A DNA stretch of 64,000 nt from Carpediemonas membranifera BICM (GCA_019828565.1 JAHDYR010000069.1:124001-188000), one strand, 5' to 3'; counted from the first letter of the stretch, positions 21,695 through 33,296 are shown. Numbers and translations: made by a program. Notes: generated from the sequence alone by a model not told the origin.

Positions 21695-22867
21695 ATGGAC
21701 AGCGACAGCGTTACTCGGAAACGGAGCGACTCTGTGGCCTCAAGTGTCAACGAGGAGTCTATTGAGAACACTCTTCGCTCAGGGCGCCGCTTTTACAGCG
21801 GGATTGCCCGCTTGCTGTCGGACTCCACGACGATTGGTCTTACAGTGATGGCGATCGGCCTGGCTGTCTTCATTCTATACAGCTGGCAGTGGAAGGGCCG
21901 CGGTGTGTCCAATTTCATGCGTCCAGCGTCCGATGAGCTTCAGCTCGACAAGGCGATTGGCTCTACTTCTTTCAAGCTTCACTATTCTCCCGAGGTCCGC
22001 CGGGCCATCAAGAAGGGCCTTCCGATCGTAGCGCTGGAGTCTACCATCATCTCCCATGGCATGCCATACCCCCAAAACGTCGCGACGGCCCGCCGCCTCG
22101 AGGCCATAATCCGCGAAGAAGGCGCCGTCCCTGCCACCATCGCCATTCTCAACGGGAAGGTCCGCGTCGGCCTTACCGACGAGCAGCTCGAGACCCTCGC
22201 CAACGGCCAAGAGCCAGTCTCCAAGGTTTCCCGGAGAGACATGGGCCTGGTGATGGCAACCAGAGGCCATGGCGCCACAACTGTCGCGGCGACCATGCTT
22301 GTTGCCGCAAAGGCTAACATCAAGGTCTTCGCTACGGGCGGCATTGGCGGTGTTCACTATGAAACTCCCGGGGATGTGTCAGCGGATCTCGATGAGTTTA
22401 CCAAATCACCCGTCACCGTCGTATCAGCCGGCGTGAAGGCTATCCTGGACGTCCCGCAGACCCTCGAAGTTCTGGAGACCAAGGGTATTCCAGTGATTGC
22501 CTTTAACACAACAATGTTCCCCTGCTTTTATTCGAGAGAATGCTATGGCCTCAAGGCACCAATAACTCTCGACTCACCCCGGACCATTGCTGCTGTAATC
22601 TCCACCCAGCGCGACGTATCTGTGAACCACGGCGTGCTCGTAGCCAACCCTGTGGAGGCAGATGACGAGTTCCCCTTCGATCATATGGAACAGGTCATCA
22701 AGGATGTCAGGGCAGAGGCGATCGCTGCTGGTGTGCTCGGTAAGGACATCACGCCGTATTTTCTCCGTCGTATTGCTGAGATTACCGAGGGAAAGAGTCT
22801 GGAGACTAACATTGCGCTCGTAATGTCGAACGCAAGACTGGCCGCGCAGATTGCTCGGTACCTCTAA
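21695..22867 (+). CDS. psuG: Pseudouridine-5'-phosphate glycosidase with an N-terminal transmembrane extension
   Basis: VALESTIISHGMPYPQN, KVSRRD, ATTVAATM, FATGGIGGVH, DVSADLDE, AGVKAILD. Confidence 0.92.
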   Translation: MDSDSVTRKRSDSVASSVNEESIENTLRSGRRFYSGIARLLSDSTTIGLTVMAIGLAVFILYSWQWKGRGVSNFMRPASDELQLDKAIGSTSFKLHYSPEVRRAIKKGLPIVALESTIISHGMPYPQNVATARRLEAIIREEGAVPATIAILNGKVRVGLTDEQLETLANGQEPVSKVSRRDMGLVMATRGHGATTVAATMLVAAKANIKVFATGGIGGVHYETPGDVSADLDEFTKSPVTVVSAGVKAILDVPQTLEVLETKGIPVIAFNTTMFPCFYSRECYGLKAPITLDSPRTIAAVISTQRDVSVNHGVLVANPVEADDEFPFDHMEQVIKDVRAEAIAAGVLGKDITPYFLRRIAEITEGKSLETNIALVMSNARLAAQIARYL

Positions 22868-23027
22868 GAGTGTGGTGTGTGTGAGTTGTGTAAATGGTTT
22901 GTTCGGAGTGGCTGGGGCTGTTGGAGCCGGCATTGGTGGGCTCCTGGGCGTCAACCAAATGCAAATGAGTGCAAAAGTGCAGAATAAGGGCACACCATCG
23001 ATTTTGCAGCGATAGAAGCCCCAAGGC

Positions 23028-23276
23028 ATGAGCGAGAACTTTACATTTGAAATTCGAATGACTCCCGATGAGTATGAGCAGATGATGCGCATTTTGAATC
23101 GCACTAACCCCGAATATGCCGAGAACACCTCGAACGCCGACGACGGGAGGTATTTGAAGCGCGGAAGTGGAACTCTTAGCCACAGCAGGAATCAATCGAG
23201 TCATCAGGACGCCCTTAGCCCTTATCTGAACTCCAGCGTCCCTTACCAAGGCTCTCCGTCGAGCTTTTCTCGTTAG
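23028..23276 (+). CDS. Small hypothetical protein
   Basis: 82-aa ATG-initiated ORF filling an intergenic gap; no recognisable motif. Confidence 0.35.
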   Translation: MSENFTFEIRMTPDEYEQMMRILNRTNPEYAENTSNADDGRYLKRGSGTLSHSRNQSSHQDALSPYLNSSVPYQGSPSSFSR

Positions 23277-23540
23277 ACACGGCTCACACCACAAAGCCCA
23301 AGATAAGCAGCAAGCACGGTCTTTTGACCCACTTTTCTGTGCAACAATTCCTTTATATTCGCTAAACAGCTTCTTCCTCTATTGTTTCTGTTGGGTTGAA
23401 TTCTTGATGCCTCGCCGAGTTGTCCAGCGGGATTCTGAAATCTCGCTCCCGTGTCCCGAGTGAGAAGGGTCCATTGAATGCCTGGACGGACTGCATTAGG
23501 CCAAGCTGCAGTCAGTTTTTTAAACTGCACCACGAAGAAG

Positions 23541-23885
23541 ATGGCGGGTGAAGTTAGTGGCCGTGGCTGGAAGCAAGAGCGCTCTAGGAAGTCTAGTATG
23601 ACTAACAGCAAGTCTACGACTTGGGAGGAGAAAATGGCGGAGAAGGAGCGCTTGAAAAAGGCGAAAGCCCTTGGCAATGAGCTTAAGGCAATCCAAGAAG
23701 CCGAGAAGGAGAAGAAGCGCGAAGCTCGTGCTCAGAAGCTGAAGAAGCGTGAGGAGAGCATGCTTGCTCGTGGCGAACTCGTGAAGAAGAACGTCAAGAA
23801 CAAGAAGGTGAAGCTCAGCATCGCAAAACGCCGCCGCATGAAGCAGTACGCCAAGGCCATCAACAGCGTTGAGTGGGCCAAGTGA
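23541..23885 (+). CDS. Cgr1/CCDC86-like basic coiled-coil ribosome biogenesis protein
   Basis: VSGRGWK...TWEEKMAEKERLKKAKALGNELK; K/E-rich. Confidence 0.75.
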   Translation: MAGEVSGRGWKQERSRKSSMTNSKSTTWEEKMAEKERLKKAKALGNELKAIQEAEKEKKREARAQKLKKREESMLARGELVKKNVKNKKVKLSIAKRRRMKQYAKAINSVEWAK

Positions 23886-24276
23886 TCAACTGCCTCTGAC
23901 CCTTCTTATTTCCCCCGCGGCTGATAAATTTCGGTTAGAATGCACCATCACTTTGTGGTGAAATGTTTCATGCAAAGTCAGTTTATTAGGCTCGATTGAC
24001 ACCTATTGGAAACGTAGCGAGGCTAAATGCACTCTAAACGTCTGAGATTGTCGCATTGGCAGACTGCCGCGAACTGATTCGACGAGAATAGCGTGATCCA
24101 AGGGCCATCAAGCCTCCACACAAAATGCGTGTAAATCGGCTCGGGGCATGATGGGCTCAAGAGGCATTACACTACAGCTTTCTTCCGGCAGACCAGGATT
24201 GACGCACTCGTTGAACTTTTGCATGAAAAAATTATTACACGCAAGAATTCGAGCCATACCTCACAGCCACAGTACC

Positions 24277-25182
24277 ATGTCGAAGAGCTTCATCAAGGTC
24301 TTTCTGCTGGATGATTCCGCCAAGACTATGGCTATCGACAAGGAGATGACGGCTAAAGAGCTCGTCACCATCATCGCCGAAAAACTGGAGCTCACAGACA
24401 ATGTAGAGCACTATTCCCTGTTTGAGGTTAAGGGCGACAACTACAAGTCCCTTTTGGACGACCAGAAGCCCTTTGATATCATGTCTGAGTGGGGGGGCAA
24501 GGACTCCTCCAACAAGTTTGTCTTTAAGCGCCACTATTTCATGAACCCCACCGATGATGTGAAGGAGGAGGCAGCGATATATCTCCTGTACATCCAGGCT
24601 CTCGATGACATACTCAAGGGCCACCTTTACGTCACGCCCGAGCAAGCCATCCAGTTTGCTGGTATCAACATGCAGGTGGTGTATGGTGACCACAACGACC
24701 GCCACGTCCTTGGCTTCCTCGAGAAGCACATCGCCGAGTTCATCCCCGCTAGCATCCTGAAGTCCAAGCGCGTCCCCGACTGGGAGGACGCCATCTACGA
24801 GGAGCACCAGAAGCACAAGGGCCTGAGCGACACCGAGGCCCAGAGCAAGTTCCTCGACCTCGCGCGGACTCTGCCCGTGTACGGCATCACCACCTACCCC
24901 TGCAAGTACGTGTCCGCCGGCACCCGCCGCATCGGGCAGCGAGTGTTCATCGGCGTCTCGTCCAAGGGCATCCACATCCTCAACTACCCGACGATGGACG
25001 GCAACGGGTTCTACTCGTACAACGACATCCTCTCCTGGGGCTCGAGCCACACGAGCTTCACATTCTGTACCGGGGATCGTGTGAACTTCACCAAGCACTC
25101 GCTCGAGACCAGGGCCGGCAAGGAGATCACGGACCAGGTCGCTGGCTACGTGGGCTTGATCATCCGCCAATTGCAACAATAA
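24277..25182 (+). CDS. FERM-domain protein (talin-head-like)
   Basis: IKVFLLDDSAKTMAID, LLYIQALDDILKG, FLDLARTLPVYGITTY, IGVSSKGI. Confidence 0.9.
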   Translation: MSKSFIKVFLLDDSAKTMAIDKEMTAKELVTIIAEKLELTDNVEHYSLFEVKGDNYKSLLDDQKPFDIMSEWGGKDSSNKFVFKRHYFMNPTDDVKEEAAIYLLYIQALDDILKGHLYVTPEQAIQFAGINMQVVYGDHNDRHVLGFLEKHIAEFIPASILKSKRVPDWEDAIYEEHQKHKGLSDTEAQSKFLDLARTLPVYGITTYPCKYVSAGTRRIGQRVFIGVSSKGIHILNYPTMDGNGFYSYNDILSWGSSHTSFTFCTGDRVNFTKHSLETRAGKEITDQVAGYVGLIIRQLQQ

Positions 25183-25272
25183 ACAAAGAAAAAATCAGCT
25201 TTCGAGTGTCATGTCTTGTCGTCCATTCTTGGGATCAGGAAAAGTGACCATCAATCAGTCAGTTTATGAGGC

Positions 25273-26436
25273 CTAGCCTTCATGCGTGGCAGAGTCAGTC
25301 CACCAGCCGCCGATGCTCTCGTCCAGGATGGCCCTAGCCCCCTCCCAGTCCGACTCGACCAAGTTGAGTCGGAACTCAGCCTTGGCAATGTCCGAACCGG
25401 CGAGCTCATGGGCCTTGTAGACGTGGTCGAGGTAGGACCGGAGACGGACAGACATGAGGGATCCAGTGGCAGTTCTGAAGACGCGGTTGACGGCCTGCTC
25501 GGTGCGTGGGAGGAGGACTTCGTTGAGAGCAGTGCAGTTGAAATCGTCATAAACTGCCTGGAGCAGGGCGGAGAGGCCGAAAGCAGTCTCGTTGGCATTG
25601 AAGTCGAGGCAAAGAACACCGCCACGCACGCCGACAAGCATGGCATCGCGGAGCTCGGCAGCGTCCCAGAGAGGGTAGACGTAGCAGTCGTCGGCATCGA
25701 GCGGATGGATGTAAAGCACGGGACAGTCGATGCTGTGGTCGATGGAGGGCCTACTGAGGTATGAGTGGAGTGCAGCGTACGTCAGGGCGGGAGGACGGAA
25801 GGAGGAGAACTGGCGCATGTACGTGCTGCGATGGGCGGACGAGAGAACGTGCGTCTTAGTCTCAGCAAGCCAGCGGCGCTCGACCCAGCGCTGGACGTAG
25901 ACCTGGTCGAACTCCTTGTCGGCATAGCCGGCCCGGAGCTCTTGGACGGTCTCTCCGGTCTCACCAGCAGGACTGGCAGCAACGAGGACAAGGCCGGCAA
26001 AGCTGCCGTTGTTGAGAGTTTCGAGGTTCATGAGAATGGTCGCGCCCATACCGATACCGAAGCCGATGCAGCCGTTGAGGAGGGCGACATCGCAGTATTC
26101 TTGGACAACAGCACAGAGGTTGGTGAATGAAGGGATCTTTTGAGGATCCATGTTCTGGTTCTCGCCCGTCTCCTTGGCGGCCATGCCAGGGTAGTTCAAT
26201 AGCACGAGGTTGAACTGGGCGAGGAGTGGCTCGATGACGGGGTCGTTGATGTACTTCTCAAAGCAAAGCTCGGCGGAAATAGCGACATCAGGGAGGAATA
26301 GAACGGTGGGTTTGTCCTCAGCGAGGGGCTGAGAGCGTACGATGACGTTCAGTTTCGATTTGGGAAGGGAAACAGTCGTAACTGGCCACTTGGCAACCTC
26401 GGGAAGGTCTCTGATACGTCTAGCAGTTGTTTCCAT
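25273..26436 (-). CDS. NDRG-like alpha/beta-hydrolase fold protein
   Basis: PTVLFLPDV, VLLNYPG, IGFGIGMGATIL (Gly at the nucleophile position, as in NDRG), GLVLV. Confidence 0.65.
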   Translation of the reverse strand: METTARRIRDLPEVAKWPVTTVSLPKSKLNVIVRSQPLAEDKPTVLFLPDVAISAELCFEKYINDPVIEPLLAQFNLVLLNYPGMAAKETGENQNMDPQKIPSFTNLCAVVQEYCDVALLNGCIGFGIGMGATILMNLETLNNGSFAGLVLVAASPAGETGETVQELRAGYADKEFDQVYVQRWVERRWLAETKTHVLSSAHRSTYMRQFSSFRPPALTYAALHSYLSRPSIDHSIDCPVLYIHPLDADDCYVYPLWDAAELRDAMLVGVRGGVLCLDFNANETAFGLSALLQAVYDDFNCTALNEVLLPRTEQAVNRVFRTATGSLMSVRLRSYLDHVYKAHELAGSDIAKAEFRLNLVESDWEGARAILDESIGGWWTDSATHEG

Positions 26437-26742
26437 GATGTTCTCGAGCAATTCAGTGGAAGTGAATGGAAGTGAGCTACAGTCATGTCATAATTGATGA
26501 CAAGGCCCGTGTCAAGTCAACTCGAGTCGGTGCACTTTAAGGACACTGACAATGGTATTCTTAGGACTGTATAGCGGTCTGCTAAGATGAGTCAGGGCCA
26601 CCCTTTATCATTCGACTCGAGATGTCTGTCAGTCATGCCGCAGGACAGCCCTGCGACGACTACCTCAAAATCAACCCACCCTGAGCTTTTATGACTGCCC
26701 AAGTCACCTCACTGGCGACATATCGCCCAGGAGTGCAGGTGC

Positions 26743-27825
26743 ATGTTATCATCCAAAGCTAATCGTCGAGAAATGAGTGCAGCGCCAAGGCCTTCTCAGT
26801 GGTATTTCGCCGTGCGCTCGAAGGGGTCTGCGGGTACTTCGTACCTTGAGGCCCTCACGCAGTACTATATGCCTTCTCACATCGCCCTGTCGTCATCGAT
26901 CAAGGATGAGATGGTCTCCTTCAGCGAAGCCAGCAAATACGCACTGATCGACGAACTTCTCATGTTTGAGATCACTCGCGTTGATTCTCTTGAGCCTATG
27001 CGCTTCATCAACGCCTTTGTGAACTACAAAACGATCCCAACTCACCTCAACGCTGTCCGCGCCACGTGCTTCTTCACTCTCGACGAGTCCCTTCTCATAC
27101 TCCACGGCGACTCTCGCGTAGCCTCGTTTTCCGACTTTATGGTAACTGTCCCGGGTTTCGCTGCCGTGCTTCGTCGTGACATGGACGGAGCCGCACTAGC
27201 TGGCATGCTCGACCCCCGCCCCGTTCCTGCAGTCACCAGCCTCCCCCAGATGATGGAGAAGGAGCTGTCTAGGGGCAAATTCGTCCTGCACCGTACGATG
27301 GCCGACCACAACTTTACTTCGAAGATGGAGCATTTCTGCGACGGGAATAATGTGTCTGAGGATGCAGTGTTTACTGCAATCATTGCTGCTGTGCTGAAAG
27401 ACATGTTCGAACTGCCCAGAGTGCCTATCAATGTCGTCGACGATGAGTCGATTGCAGAGCTCAGCCTCAGGCCGGGCCCAGTGAGCGTCGCTTCAATCAC
27501 CGCGCTGAGCAGAACAGCGACCAACATGCTCAAGGGGGAAAGGAAGCCCGCGACGACCAGGCTTGAGGTGGAATCTGGCACAGCTGCTGTCGTCCGCATG
27601 CTAGCGTCGACCAGGAGCAGGGCGCCAGTTACTGACTTGTACGCCGGTATCCTTGTCAGTGGAGCCATCAGTGCCACGTTGACGAAGGTCGATAACAACA
27701 TTTATCTGTCCGTCGCGTCTGACGTGCTCAGTGAAGAGCAGGCCATGGCGCTGGCAAAGCTGACTATTGATAACGCCATGGGGGTGTTCCAAGGCAGTGT
27801 CGGGGACATTGAGGATGCTTTGTAG
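26743..27825 (+). CDS. Hypothetical protein, possibly a degenerate condensation/CoA-acyltransferase fold
   Basis: 360-aa ORF. LLILHGDSRVA and FCDGNNVSEDAVFTAIIAAVL resemble NRPS C-domain segments. Confidence 0.55.
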   Translation: MLSSKANRREMSAAPRPSQWYFAVRSKGSAGTSYLEALTQYYMPSHIALSSSIKDEMVSFSEASKYALIDELLMFEITRVDSLEPMRFINAFVNYKTIPTHLNAVRATCFFTLDESLLILHGDSRVASFSDFMVTVPGFAAVLRRDMDGAALAGMLDPRPVPAVTSLPQMMEKELSRGKFVLHRTMADHNFTSKMEHFCDGNNVSEDAVFTAIIAAVLKDMFELPRVPINVVDDESIAELSLRPGPVSVASITALSRTATNMLKGERKPATTRLEVESGTAAVVRMLASTRSRAPVTDLYAGILVSGAISATLTKVDNNIYLSVASDVLSEEQAMALAKLTIDNAMGVFQGSVGDIEDAL

Positions 27826-27912
27826 GATAAACCAATTGATTGGTATTTGATTGATGTGCAGTTTATCGTCACGAGGCAGGTAATTTGTCAGTTCCTCCAG
27901 TTCTTGGCCATC

Positions 27913-28329
27913 ATGCCCGAGTCTTCGTTGATCTTTGAGAAGTATCCCATTGATCCTTCTATTGTCATCTTTGAAGACGAACTTGCTTTCTGCACGCTGT
28001 CATACAAGCCCATTACTCCTGGCCACATCCTGGTAATCCCAAAGCGAATTGAGCAGTATTACGATAAGCTTTCTGCAGATGAGGTTCGCTCAATGGCAAA
28101 GCTCGTGACTAGGTGCTCTGGCGCACTTAAGCGAGCCCTTGGCTGCAAAGAAGTCACATTTGGCTGTCAAGATGGCCCCCATGCGGGTCAAACTGTGAAG
28201 CACGTCCACATTCACGTTATCCCGGCCTACGACGGGGGTCTCATTGATGACGATGACCGAAAGCAGTGGTCTGTTGAGATGATGGCGAAGATGGCCCGGC
28301 GCATCCAGGGCGTTGAGGCTGAGCCATGA
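27913..28329 (+). CDS. HIT-family hydrolase (FHIT-like)
   Basis: KPITPGHILVIPKR, QDGPHAGQTVKHVHIHVIP. Confidence 0.92.
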   Translation: MPESSLIFEKYPIDPSIVIFEDELAFCTLSYKPITPGHILVIPKRIEQYYDKLSADEVRSMAKLVTRCSGALKRALGCKEVTFGCQDGPHAGQTVKHVHIHVIPAYDGGLIDDDDRKQWSVEMMAKMARRIQGVEAEP

Positions 28330-28592
28330 GGGACATGGCCTTGGATGTTCCTTGTATTGCATTTACAGACTCAAACAGGCTATTTTGATGAAGTTTGGTC
28401 CCGAGATAAATCCTGTGTAGGGTCGGACTTGCCTGTACGAATGGTGGGATGGGCAGAACCATGTGCTTCAATACCGTACAAGCTGCTGGCATTGCGGTGC
28501 TTCTCCACAGCTGAGTCGTCTGAGTTTTTTTGTGCAGTTGGTCGAGGGGAGTTTGGTCGGCGACAATCTTGAGGCGAAAAGTTGAGGCGTGC

Positions 28593-30221
28593 ATGGATTC
28601 TTTCATAACTTCTTCTGTGGACGTCAACAGGGTTCTTATCGACGCCTATTGTCTTGCATGTTCAAGCACGGCGAAAATCCCCGGCGATGTGCCTTCGCTT
28701 CTGTTTCACGCATATTCACGGCACTCTGGCAGCCCTATACGCCCCATTCATGCCACTGACGCCAGCTCACACTCAATGGGTGGCACTACGATTGAATCCC
28801 TCCATGCGATGATTGTCAGGATCCCCCCTCTCGAACCAACCGCGCAAGCCCTCCTCGACCGCGCCCGCTCGATCCTCACCAGCGGCCCCCCGCTGTCCAT
28901 GAACGTCGAGCTCGCGGATGGCGAGGACCTCCCGGTCGCCCTGCACACGCTGAACCAAGGCGCGGTGTGGGCGTGTCTGCTGGGTGGCGGGGCCAACCCA
29001 GACCTCGAGGACAGGGCGCTGGATGAGGCTCACGAGAAGCAGCTAGGTAATACCGATATTCATAACAGAATCCGCAATGCTCTCACCCCAGAGGCCAAGT
29101 GCCTCTGGTTTCTGTGCCGCAAGTTCTTCTTCACGCTGAATGTGGCAGAGAAGGACGGCAAGTGCTATCAGCACTGTTTGAATGGATTCTATCACCACCG
29201 CATGTACATGGGTCGACTCTTCATGCTCGACACAAAGCACCACACCGCCCTCACCAGGGCCAGAATGCCCAGGGCCCTTGAGGTCTATAGCGACGGGTTC
29301 ACCCACATCGCCAGGACACCCAAGGGCATGTGGGGCTGGGGTGAGAGCGATTATGGCCAGCTGGGGTTCAGGTCATTAGCATATCGCGAGTTCGTCGACC
29401 CGACCCGCCTCACCTTCCCTGCTTGCCCCAAGATCGCCGAGCTCGAGGCCAGTCTACCATCTTGGGAGAAGCACAGGATGGTGATCAACGTGTCGCTAGA
29501 CACATATGTCACATTCATTCACACCCCAGTCGGCATTATTATGACTGGCCGAAGATCCGTTTGGTATACAGGCGATATCGAGGAGGAGAACAAGTACCGA
29601 TTCAACCCAGTGGCGGTGCCATTCGACTTTGTACCAGATCGCATCATGCATGGACGAAATAACGCAGTCATCCTCTCCATGGGCGATCGGCAGGTGATCA
29701 CCGGGCACAACGAGTGTGGCCAGCTGGGACTCGGGCACAAGCATGATATGACTGGGTTCGTCGACCTGCCCTTCAGGGTCTACCGGGTCATGTCAGGCAT
29801 ACACTTCAACATATTCCTCAGCGGCCGCCAGCTGCTCTATGCCGGACAAGTTCCCCGTCTTATCGCCCACTCGGGCCTGCTGCCTGGATACAGCGAGGGC
29901 GACATCTGCCTTACAGCCACCCCGCTCCGCTTCCCAGATAGGGTCAAGGCATTTTTTGTTACTTTTCTCGATCTGATCTGGGTCACGGAGGGCTGCACAC
30001 ATCTGTGCGACTATGACAAGCAGTTGTCTGTGTCCGCTGAGGCGACTGCATTTGAAAGAGTCAGGGTCGATGGCCGATGGGCCCACCCGTTCCGTGCCTC
30101 CACTGGCCAGTGGTTTGAAACGATGTGTGTGTCAGATGGGGCAGGGTTGACTGAGTGCGAGGCACCTAAAGATCCGGACGAGCTTATTCCCGTCGACATC
30201 GACCCGGCCACTGCCCCATAA
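28593..30221 (+). CDS. RCC1-like repeat family protein, paralogue A
   Basis: MWGWGESDYGQLG and GHNECGQLGLG repeats; paralogous to 33492-35126. Confidence 0.8.
   Translation: MDSFITSSVDVNRVLIDAYCLACSSTAKIPGDVPSLLFHAYSRHSGSPIRPIHATDASSHSMGGTTIESLHAMIVRIPPLEPTAQALLDRARSILTSGPPLSMNVELADGEDLPVALHTLNQGAVWACLLGGGANPDLEDRALDEAHEKQLGNTDIHNRIRNALTPEAKCLWFLCRKFFFTLNVAEKDGKCYQHCLNGFYHHRMYMGRLFMLDTKHHTALTRARMPRALEVYSDGFTHIARTPKGMWGWGESDYGQLGFRSLAYREFVDPTRLTFPACPKIAELEASLPSWEKHRMVINVSLDTYVTFIHTPVGIIMTGRRSVWYTGDIEEENKYRFNPVAVPFDFVPDRIMHGRNNAVILSMGDRQVITGHNECGQLGLGHKHDMTGFVDLPFRVYRVMSGIHFNIFLSGRQLLYAGQVPRLIAHSGLLPGYSEGDICLTATPLRFPDRVKAFFVTFLDLIWVTEGCTHLCDYDKQLSVSAEATAFERVRVDGRWAHPFRASTGQWFETMCVSDGAGLTECEAPKDPDELIPVDIDPATAP
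28820..29474 (+). repeat. 655-bp direct repeat, copy 1 (copy 2 at 33719-34373)
   Basis: Colinear at offset 4899, with only 2 mismatches seen by eye. Confidence 0.93.
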
Positions 30222-30418
30222 AGTTACCACTCGTACCTTCTGGAAGTTCCCGTCCTTGTGCCACGGTGAATACTGATGCAGCAGTGTTGATATTACAGCA
30301 GTCAAGCTGCACCGAAAGTATCGGCAGCTCGGGTGAGGGATGGCTATACGTACGTTGTAATGAACCATAAACCAACCAAGGGATGCCTGGCGGGTGCTAA
30401 TCAGTTGATTGTCAAACA

Positions 30419-33296
30419 ATGAAGGAAGGTTTCAGCGGCCCAGTGGCTGTTCGCGTTCTCGAGGACATTACAGACGATTTTGTCTCCGAGAACAAGCTTG
30501 TTGTCAAGGAGCATGGCGGTAAAACCTACCATGTTCCGCTTAAAACGAGGATGAACTCTCTCGTCTTCCTCAGCGACGAAAAGACGGTTGTTCTTTGCGG
30601 GGATGCCGAGCTTCATGTATACAAGCTCGGTGGAAGCGCCGAAACTGCAGAATACCTCGGCTCTTTCCCCCACGAGCACAAGGACAATGCTGTGATCGCT
30701 CACGGCGTTTACAACGGCGAATCCTTCGTCGTCATCGGCAGCGACCGCACTATCGATGTCTACAAGATCGGTGCCGAGCTTCCCGATGCTCCCTACAAGA
30801 CCTTCCAGCTCCCCGAGGGCCACGAGCTTTCATCCCTCGCCTGGAACGAGAAGGCCGGTTTCATCATTGGCGCGGGCCTCACCAACGGGAAGATCTTCGT
30901 GCTCGACCTGCGCGCAGCAGACAGCACCGCCAAGGTCTCCTTTTCCGCGGCCAGTGCCCCGATTACTGCCATGCGCTGGAACCCCGCCGTCGCCACAATA
31001 ATCGCCGCAACGACCGGCGACAACACCATCCGCTTCCATGACCTCCGTACGAAGACTGCGGACAAGACGATCGCCCAGCAGCAGACCCCCGAGCCGATCA
31101 CTTCGCTCGACTGGAGCAGGGTCGACCCTCGCTTCCTCGCCGTGCTCGCGGGCACAGAGATCCACCTCATGTTCAACAGCGACCTGACTGAGGTCAGAGC
31201 GGCCACAGCGATCGCCACGTGCGACTTGGTGACGATACTCGAAGGCCACCACTTTGTGGCCTTCTCCTCCTCGACCGGCCTCCTCGCCACATCCTCCAAG
31301 GACGAAATGGACATCCCGATCAGGTCAATCTACGACCCCGCCTCCAAGCCGGCCATGCCCAACTATACCCGCTCCGCCGCTGGCATCGTCGAGGGCGCCT
31401 CTCTGCCCGTAATCGCGCCCGAGTCCGTCCCCGCCACCCCCGCCTGGCACCAGCCCCGGAAGGCAGGCATCGTCTTCGGCCCGTCTGGTGAGGTTGCCGC
31501 CCTCTTTGGCCGCACCCTCCGGATCGGGACTATGGAGGCGATCGAGGGCGTCCCGGCGATGGCCGCCGGCCTAATCGACTGCATCGAGCTCCCCGATGGG
31601 CAGCGCGCCGAGGTTGTCCGCCAGCGCGCGGCTGATGCGGAGGATGTGCTCTCCCGCCGCTTTTACTCCGTCCTCACGGCCCTCGGGTCCGACAACGCCC
31701 GGGCCGAGATGATCAGCCTGCTCGGAGTCAACCCTGCGCCTATCCCTGCCGCAGGAACCCCCGAAGCGCCCGCTGTCGTCGTTCCTGAGCCGGAGGCTGA
31801 GCCCGTCGATGAAATGGACTTCTTCAACAGCGGCGACGCTGAGCTCACCAACGAGGAGGAGGCCAGCACGTCCGATTCCGCCATCTCTCCAGTGGAAGTG
31901 GAGCCGGAGAAGGCCCCCTCCGAGCACAGCATCGAGTGGGAGACGATCAGTGCGCTGCTCCACGCAGGCCGGATCCCCGAAGCCATCGACCTCTGCATCG
32001 CCGAGAATCGCCTGGCTGACGCGTTCTTCGTCGCCCGGTACGGCGGCAACGACCTCCTCGCTAAGGTCGAGGCCGCCTTCCTCAGGGCTCGGGGCCACCC
32101 CTGCCTGACCATGCTCCGCGCCGTCTCCGAGAACGACCTCCGCACCTACGTCTCCGAGAGCGCTCCTGCGTGCTGGACCGAGACCCTCGCCGCCATCCTC
32201 ACATACACCAAGGGTGTGGAGGAGGTACGCGGCCTCGCCGCCGCTCTCTTCGACAGAGTCCGCGACGACTCGACCCTGGTTGAGGAACACCGCATGCTCG
32301 CCATGCTCACCACCGCCATGTGCTCGGGAAGCGCTGACCTCGTCGCCGTGGCCCTCAAGCCGACCATCTCTGGCTTCGACCCGAGCCTGATGTACGGCCT
32401 CGTCGAGCAGATCATCTTCTTCGCCAAGGCCCGCAGCGTCACTCTCACTGGCTCTGGCATCGCCGCTCGTACGCTTGAGAGGTTCGCTCGCGTGCTCAAG
32501 GCAACGAACGCCAGCGAGGCTGCCGAGAAGGTCCTCGCCATCGCGGGCATCAGCAGCGCCGCCGCCTCCGAGCCCCCTGCCAAGCCCGTCCAGCAGCCCC
32601 CGAAGCAGCCGGCCCGCACCGTGCCCGCGCCCACGACCACGACCTTCCGGCCCGCTCCGGCCCCCGCTGGCAACCACTTCCAGCCGACCCCGGTCCCGTC
32701 GTACCAGCCGACCCCCGCGACATTCACCCCGCCCGGAAACTACACGCCCTCGCCCAACGAGAACACGGGCCCCGCCGCCCCGCCCCCGCCTGCTCCCCGT
32801 GCCAACGAAGCCCCGCGTCTCCCGTATCCAGGGTTTCGTACCCACACCCGGCACGACCCCCGCTGCCCCAGTCGAGGAGTCGTTTGTGCCGGCGCCCGTC
32901 CCTGCCGCCGAGCCCGCGCCCATGCCTGTCGCACCAGCCGCTCCTGTTCCCCAGCGCGAGCCGACGCCCGCGCCTACCCCCGCTCCAGTGGCCCGGCCCG
33001 CGCCTGCTAAGGCACCCGTGGACCCTGCCCGCCAGGCGCTGCTCGGGCGTGTTGAGGCAGCCATGGCACAGTTCAAGAGCCACCCCGCCAGCACGAATGT
33101 CAAGAATGTGGTCTGCCCTCTGACTGAGACGCCCATCGCTGGTCTGACTGACGCAGACCTGGAGCGCGTTGAGCAGCTCATCCAGGCCATCATGGGCGGT
33201 GACATCGAGAATGCAAAGAACATCGCATCGTCGCCGACGTTCAAGCTGCCCAAGAAGATCACGGTCGTCGCATGGCTGCGGCATGCTAACCAGTAA
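30419..33296 (+). CDS. SEC31: COPII coat protein Sec31-like, with an apparent frameshift near 32760-32830
   Basis: WD40 region (SLAWN, MRWNPAVATIIA, SLDWS), ACE1-like EAIDLCIAENRLADAFFVARYGGNDL, and a Pro-rich region. The C-terminus is in another frame (32475-33296). Confidence 0.78.
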
